Assembly (NCBI GenBank): GCA_038999215.1
Contig: JAWABM010000016.1
Span: forward strand, 1 to 12,058
Direction of reading: 5' to 3'
DNA length: 12,058 nucleotides
Origin: Candidatus Aenigmatarchaeota archaeon
Lineage (GTDB): Archaea; Aenigmatarchaeota; Aenigmatarchaeia; Aenigmatarchaeales; JACQIB01
This document shows positions 8,050 through 12,058 of the stretch, piece by piece; positions within the stretch are counted from its first letter, which is position 1; the number at the start of each line of letters is the position of its first letter. Position numbers and translations under genes: made by a program. Under the pieces are notes generated by a model that was not told the origin of the DNA, did no database searches, and saw only the letters and a list, made by a program, of their open reading frames with translations.

Positions 8050-8167
8050 GCCTCGGTGGCTCAGCCGGTAGAGCGGCCGCCTCGTAATCAGAACCCGGAC
8101 GGTTCCGATACCTCCGGACTGACGCGCGAGCGGCAGGTCGGGAGTTCAAATCTCCCCCGGGGCTCCA
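8050..8167 (+). tRNA. tRNA-Thr(CGT) with a 42-nt intron at position 37/38 (8087-8128); CCA encoded
   Basis: Acceptor stem GCCTCGG/CCGGGGC, D stem GCTC/GAGC, anticodon stem GCCGC/GCGGC, anticodon CGT at 8083-8085, T arm GGGAG-TTCAAAT-CTCCC, discriminator T, then CCA. The intron forms a BHB-like motif closed by TCAG/CTGA. Confidence 0.93.
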
Positions 8168-8169
8168 TC

Positions 8170-8190
8170 AAACCTTCTTTGGAAAAGAAG
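8170..8190 (+). repeat. tRNA trailer motif/hairpin, partly repeated after tRNA-Val
   Basis: CTTCTTT-GGA-AAAGAAG hairpin (8174-8190). CAAACCTTCTTT (8169-8180) recurs at 11322-11333. Confidence 0.55.
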
Positions 8191-8248
8191 CCTTACCAAG
8201 AAACATCAAACTTTTAAAACCTAGCATGCATTACTTCCTTTGATTGGT

Positions 8249-8551
8249 ATGGCAGAGTGGATGGCATTCGTAAAGAAAGAGAACGTGAAAAAGGCGGAGA
8301 ACGCCCTGAGGACGGATTTTGACGTGGCCGCGAAGCAGTCCATAACCGTTAAGGATGCTCGATCGCTCGGCATGAAGGAAGAAGGCAGCTTCTTCTACAT
8401 CTCTGGCACAGAGGAAGGGATAAAGAGGTGCCAAGAGCTGATCAAGGGAATGACGGCACAGATTGACCAGAAGCATCTTGACAAAGCCAGGGAGGAGATA
8501 AAGAAGGAGGAGGAAGCGGCTGCCGAGGGGATGGGCGGAATATTCGGCTAA
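8249..8551 (+). CDS. Small hypothetical archaeal protein (about 100 aa)
   Basis: MAEWMAFVKKENVKKAENAL...KQSITVKDARSLG...EEEAAAEGMGGIFG. The composition is protein-like and the C-terminal GxGxIFG resembles an archaeal family I recall. TATA-like TTTTAAAA at 8212-8219. ATG at 8249 preferred over TTG at 8240. Confidence 0.82.
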   Translation: MAEWMAFVKKENVKKAENALRTDFDVAAKQSITVKDARSLGMKEEGSFFYISGTEEGIKRCQELIKGMTAQIDQKHLDKAREEIKKEEEAAAEGMGGIFG

Positions 8552-8871
8552 GGAATGAGATCATAAATCTCTATGCCTTCCAGGACCAGCTCGTCCAGCA
8601 CCGTCAGTACATATTTGCTACCGTAATATATCCTGAACTCTTTGGCGGACTTGCCGTGCTGCTTAAGCATTGCCCTGAATCGGCGGTCGTCATAGACCAC
8701 CTGGTCAATCGGTGGCTTGGCCACAGGAACCGAGCTTGGCTCATCGCATACCACGCAGATATCTATATCTTTGCCATCGGGATTGCCATAGCAGAAAACT
8801 GCCCTCAGGCCGCCCTTGTTCGCGCTTATCAGCTTCCTTATGCGCCCCATCGCTTCCGCATCGCACGGCAT
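8548..8871 (-). CDS. Minimal nucleotidyltransferase (Pol-beta superfamily)-like protein, divergent
   Basis: 107 aa from ATG at 8871. AVFCYGNPDGKDIDICVV matches the hhhhGS-x(n)-DhDhhhh motif with S replaced by N and a short spacer. A possible third Asp lies in PIDQVVY. Confidence 0.55.
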   Translation of the reverse strand: MPCDAEAMGRIRKLISANKGGLRAVFCYGNPDGKDIDICVVCDEPSSVPVAKPPIDQVVYDDRRFRAMLKQHGKSAKEFRIYYGSKYVLTVLDELVLEGIEIYDLIP

Positions 8872-8902
8872 AGAGGAATATTTGCGGCAAAAAGGATTTA
8901 AT

Positions 8903-8976
8903 TGGTGCGCCTGGCGGGATTCGAACCCGCGTCGTAAGCTTGGGAAGCTCAAATCCTGCCACTAGACTACAGGCGC
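8903..8976 (-). tRNA. tRNA-Gly(CCC); CCA encoded
   Basis: Minus strand: GCGCCTG TA GTCT AGTGGCA GGAT T TGAGC TTCCCAA GCTTA CGAC GCGGG TTCGAAT CCCGC CAGGCGC A CCA. Complete cloverleaf with anticodon CCC. Confidence 0.95.
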
Positions 8977-9623
8977 TTCAGCTCCCTAAGGGCATCGGAT
9001 GCTATCCATCTGGCTGCCTTAGAGTCAATATCCATGATTTCTTCGGAAACTTTTATAGCTTCCTTCCTCAGCCTCATGTTGCGCTTTCCTATCTGGCGTA
9101 GGGCCCAGTTCACGGCCTTCCTGACAAAATTGCGCTCATCTGTTGAGCATTTCTTTATCAACGGGAAGAATCTGCGGAACTTCTCGTCGCCGGCCTTCTT
9201 GTCATGAACTGCGAGGCAAGCCATCATGGCGAATCCTGCCCTGCGCACGAACTCGTCCTTGCTGGCCGCCCACTCGAAGGGCTTCTTCCAAGCGAACTTC
9301 GTCTTGCCCCAGAGGCTGCTGCAGCATTGGTCGCAGACGTCCCATGAATAGAAACTCTTTGTCCATTCGTCCATCTGGCGCTCAGTCACCTTTTCTGGCT
9401 CATCTATGAAGCAGGCAAGGAGCTTGAGCTCATGCACGTTCCTCTTCCACAGCCTTTGCGCGAGCTCGTGGTCTTTCCCTATCCTTTTGGCCATCTTTCT
9501 CAATATGGGAACAGGCACGCCCAGAGCAGTTTCGGCTGCTATTCCGAAGCGCGCCATGCCGTCCCTGTTCCTTGCGGAAGCAAGCGGCCCCAGCTCTGCC
9601 AGAATCTCCCTTTCGCTCGTCAT
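8967..9623 (-). CDS. DNA alkylation repair protein (AlkD-like HEAT-repeat DNA glycosylase family)
   Basis: 218 aa with family motifs GMARFGI, LGVPVPILRKMAK, SWDVCDQ, EFVRRAG and DERNFVRKAVNWALRQIGKR. Confidence 0.9.
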   Translation of the reverse strand: MTSEREILAELGPLASARNRDGMARFGIAAETALGVPVPILRKMAKRIGKDHELAQRLWKRNVHELKLLACFIDEPEKVTERQMDEWTKSFYSWDVCDQCCSSLWGKTKFAWKKPFEWAASKDEFVRRAGFAMMACLAVHDKKAGDEKFRRFFPLIKKCSTDERNFVRKAVNWALRQIGKRNMRLRKEAIKVSEEIMDIDSKAARWIASDALRELKRL

Positions 9624-11191
9624 TCAGACACTTCCCTGCCCGTCACTCCGTCTATCTTTATCACCCTTTCCGAAAAATGCACAGAATAGACTGGATAATA
9701 GAACAAGTCAAAGCGGACTATTTCTGTCGTCGGGTTCAGGGCCTTGAGCACGTCTCTCAGCGCCTGCTCGCTCACTTTTTGACCTACCACCCTTCCAGGC
9801 GCCTTCTGCTCCTTCGCAGGATAGGGCACGCTCGATGTGACGTTCGGAATCGCAAGCTTGAACAGCGGGACATATGTCCTGGCCCTGCCGTCCTTCCCTG
9901 AGTAGGTTATGAACCTTCTTGCTTCAAGGCTGTTTATCACGCTCCTTATGCCGCTGTCCTTGAGCCCTAGCCTGAGCCCGAGCTCAGCAGCAGTGATGCC
10001 CTTCGCGCGCGATATCTCCAGCATGGCCCTTGTCTCGCTCTCGTTCAGGCCTATTAGCTGGGATATGCCTGTCCTGAATCTCAGCCCGCGGTCCGTTTCA
10101 GCAAATTTTCCGTTTGTGCCGTCGATTATGAAGGAATACGTCCTGAATCCCTTCTTGAGAAAGCCTTCGGCCCTCTTGACCTCAACAAAAATCAAAGGAT
10201 ATTGCAGCAGCTCTACGCCGGTCACGGCCTCCTTCTTGCCGAAGAGGCAGTATTTTTTCCTCCTTTTGGACTCGACTATTTTCAATATGTCCTCCTTGCC
10301 TATCCTCAGCCCGATTGTCGGCAGGATCCTTGTCGGCTGACCCTTTGGTTGCTCCCCGACCCCAACTTCCCTGGGTCCGCTACCCTTCAGTTCCGCGCTT
10401 ATCTCTGCTATCCTGCCTATCTTCTTCGGGATGAGCCTTGGCGTCAGCCCTTTGTGCTGCGTTTCCCGAGGATAGCTCTTCATCTTGACCTTTGTCTTTG
10501 AGATGTTGCCCATAACGAAGAATTCGCCGGACTTGAGCTTCGGCAGGTCCTCCAGCTCCCTCCTGTCCGCGAAGAACAGGTTCACGGCCGCGAGGTCATT
10601 CTCTGTCGTAAGCTTGCCGATAAACTGGTTGCCGCACTGGCTGAGCACATTCTTGTTCACGAGCGCAGGCCGCTGCGTCGCCACGATAAGCCCCAATCCG
10701 CGCTTCCTGCCACGGCGCGATATTTCCTCTATCTCCTTCATCGATTCCTTGGACTGGGGCACGAACTTGTCGGCCTCCTCTAATATAAGCAGGTAAGGCA
10801 GCCTCAGCCTCGTGTCCGCGTCGTACAGGGCCTTCACGAACTCGGCCACGACCTTCCGCTCGTCCATGACATCCGAGACATCGAGAATCATTGGTATGTT
10901 CTCCTTTATTACTTTCTCGGCGAGCTCCGCATAGTTAAGGCCTTCTATCGCCAGATCAGAACCTTCGCCGCCGACCCAGAGGATTTCGAACTTCTCCTTG
11001 AGCGAGAAGTATTCGCCCTCCGTGTCGATGATGCAAAAGGCTATGTTGTTCCTCAGCAAATGCTCGCAGAGCACCGCTATCAGGTAGCTCTTGCCCGCGC
11101 CAGACTGAGCTATGATGCATGTGCGCCCTGTGACCAGCTCCTGCGCGTCCGCTGAAAAATTCCTGGCAATCTTAAGTTCGATGCCGTCCAT
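9620..11191 (-). CDS. HerA/FtsK-superfamily (DUF87-like) ATPase with a C-terminal winged HTH
   Basis: Walker A AQSGAGKS, IIDTEGEY, Walker B LILEEAD, and arginine-finger/sensor region RRGRKRGLGLIVATQRPA. wHTH at GITAAELGLRLGLKDSGIRSVINSLEARRFI. ATGA overlap with the AlkD-like gene. Confidence 0.88.
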   Translation of the reverse strand: MDGIELKIARNFSADAQELVTGRTCIIAQSGAGKSYLIAVLCEHLLRNNIAFCIIDTEGEYFSLKEKFEILWVGGEGSDLAIEGLNYAELAEKVIKENIPMILDVSDVMDERKVVAEFVKALYDADTRLRLPYLLILEEADKFVPQSKESMKEIEEISRRGRKRGLGLIVATQRPALVNKNVLSQCGNQFIGKLTTENDLAAVNLFFADRRELEDLPKLKSGEFFVMGNISKTKVKMKSYPRETQHKGLTPRLIPKKIGRIAEISAELKGSGPREVGVGEQPKGQPTRILPTIGLRIGKEDILKIVESKRRKKYCLFGKKEAVTGVELLQYPLIFVEVKRAEGFLKKGFRTYSFIIDGTNGKFAETDRGLRFRTGISQLIGLNESETRAMLEISRAKGITAAELGLRLGLKDSGIRSVINSLEARRFITYSGKDGRARTYVPLFKLAIPNVTSSVPYPAKEQKAPGRVVGQKVSEQALRDVLKALNPTTEIVRFDLFYYPVYSVHFSERVIKIDGVTGREVSE

Positions 11192-11214
11192 AAAATATCC
11201 TATTTCCGTTCAAA

Positions 11215-11223
11215 ATATATAAG
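11215..11223. promoter_or_regulatory. Shared bidirectional TATA element for the ATPase operon and tRNA-Val
   Basis: ATATATAAG reads TATATAAG on plus and TTATATAT on minus. It lies about 24 nt from both the ATG at 11191 and the tRNA start at 11248. Confidence 0.6.
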
Positions 11224-11242
11224 CCCTTGCCAGCAATAGGTT

Positions 11243-12058
11243 TCAGGGGGCCGGTGGTCCAGCGGTTAAGACGCCACCCTTACAAGGTGGATATCGCAAG
11301 TTCGAATCTTGCCCGGCCCACCAAACCTTCTTTAACGGAGAATCTTTATAAAGAATCTCATTAATGGTTTGTGTCTTAGCTGCATTGGTTATAGCGTTGT
11401 TTATAGCATCTGTTAAATTAGCCAATGCCTTGTTTCTATCAGCGGTATAGCGTTCTTCCATGATGGTATATTTATCATGTAACGAACGCATCTGGTTTTG
11501 CTTTCTCTGCAAATAGTCATTAATCAGGCTGGCAGTGCTCACAGATGCCTGATTTGCTATTCCTACGTTTTTATTCTGAGTGTCAGATATAATATTAGCA
11601 GCATCGGTAGCAGCCTGCCCAGACATCACAGCTGCCTGAGCAGCAGCCACCTGTGGTGGTAAATAGGCACCTACCTGCTCCATACCCATTTTATATGCCT
11701 GTTGATTGGCCTGCAATGCCCTGTTAGGATCTAAGAGAGAATAATCCGGTAACGTAACCATCGGCTCCGGCTCGTATGGTGGTCTCTTCTTAATAGAATA
11801 CAGATTATGCAAAGCCTGGGCAATCCTGTTCTTATCCTGTAAAAAGTAATACCCCCTGGCTTTTAGTTTAGGTCCTAGTGGTTCTTCTATCTTTGGTTTT
11901 TCTATCTTTGATTCTTCTTTAGCTATCCCGGTTTGTTCTTCTTTCTTAGCTGGTTCGGTTTTTGGAGTTTCTTTGGTAGGTTCAGCAAAAACACTTAAAT
12001 CCAGCATAAACTGGTTTTGCGTCCTGTCACCGTAATAACCATCAACCGCACTAATATT
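11243..12058 (-). CDS. Phage-like (possibly crAss-like virion) protein fragment: 5' end outside the window, last ~30 codons derived from the antisense of tRNA-Val and its trailer
   Basis: The frame is open to the window end (NISAVDGYYGDRTQNQF precedes the tracked Met). It has a Pro/Lys/Glu-rich linker and then an Ala/Gln/Asn-rich helical region (LDPNRALQANQQA...NNAITNAAKTQTIN). The DNA is AT-richer than the genes to its left. The phage assignment is from recollection only. Confidence 0.6.
   Translation of the reverse strand, partial: NISAVDGYYGDRTQNQFMLDLSVFAEPTKETPKTEPAKKEEQTGIAKEESKIEKPKIEEPLGPKLKARGYYFLQDKNRIAQALHNLYSIKKRPPYEPEPMVTLPDYSLLDPNRALQANQQAYKMGMEQVGAYLPPQVAAAQAAVMSGQAATDAANIISDTQNKNVGIANQASVSTASLINDYLQRKQNQMRSLHDKYTIMEERYTADRNKALANLTDAINNAITNAAKTQTINEILYKDSPLKKVWWAGQDSNLRYPPCKGGVLTAGPPAP
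11248..11323 (+). tRNA. tRNA-Val(TAC); CCA encoded
   Basis: Acceptor stem GGGCCGG/CCGGCCC, anticodon arm CCACC-CTTACAA-GGTGG (TAC at 11281-11283), T arm GCAAG-TTCGAAT-CTTGC, then A and CCA. Confidence 0.96.
11334..12058. mobile_element. Foreign, lower-GC DNA abutting the 3' end of tRNA-Val (integrated element or chimeric join)
   Basis: Hand counts give 34/60 GC at 11101-11160 versus 19/60 at 11341-11400. The reading frame collides with the tRNA. No integrase is visible in the window. Confidence 0.45.

Noticed and set aside
6201..8087. 314-aa, 215-aa and smaller ORFs overlapping the wHTH, 145-aa and amrS genes
   Set aside because: Antisense or alternate-frame shadows of well-supported genes, with unnatural composition.
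8012..8149. N-terminal extension of the radical SAM ORF (track start at 8149)
   Set aside because: It is the antisense of tRNA-Thr and its promoter. The family-like sequence begins at MKEALFW (8011).
8872..8952. N-terminal extension of the 134-aa ORF, and the 73-aa ORF 8741-8962
   Set aside because: Both start inside tRNA-Gly and are translations of tRNA sequence.
11243..11333. Functional protein coding on the antisense of tRNA-Val, or an SSV-type split integrase
   Set aside because: The peptide is just the reverse translation of a tRNA, and the ORF shows no tyrosine-recombinase motifs.
11870..11990. Short repeats (TCTATCTTT twice; Lys/Glu/Pro runs)
   Set aside because: Low-complexity protein linker, not a CRISPR or tandem array.
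1..12058. CRISPR array, IS/transposase, rRNA, recoded stop codons
   Set aside because: I saw no regularly spaced repeats, transposase motifs, rRNA-like sequence or in-frame stop read-through.

Overview
Archaeal chromosomal segment. The gene content, GGTGA/GGAGG Shine-Dalgarno sites, TATA boxes and a BHB tRNA intron point to archaea; a DPANN-type lineage such as Aenigmarchaeota is my inference. Left half (minus strand) is a cell-envelope locus: a membrane-anchored wHTH protein, a 702-aa S-layer protein with a long structured leader, a lipoprotein, a membrane-anchored hypothetical protein, a Wzy-like polymerase and a GT4 glycosyltransferase cut off by the window edge. The middle holds an AmmeMemoRadiSAM radical SAM enzyme divergent from an intron-containing tRNA-Thr(CGT), plus small conserved ORFs. 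On the right is a HerA/DUF87-like ATPase -> AlkD-like glycosylase -> tRNA-Gly(CCC) -> minimal nucleotidyltransferase-like run, in which the tRNA overlaps the AlkD stop codon, and a divergent tRNA-Val(TAC). About 10 nt after tRNA-Val the DNA turns AT-richer and encodes a phage-like protein whose frame runs antisense through the whole tRNA. That is either an integration scar or an assembly chimera. All family calls come from motif recognition by eye; no searches were run.
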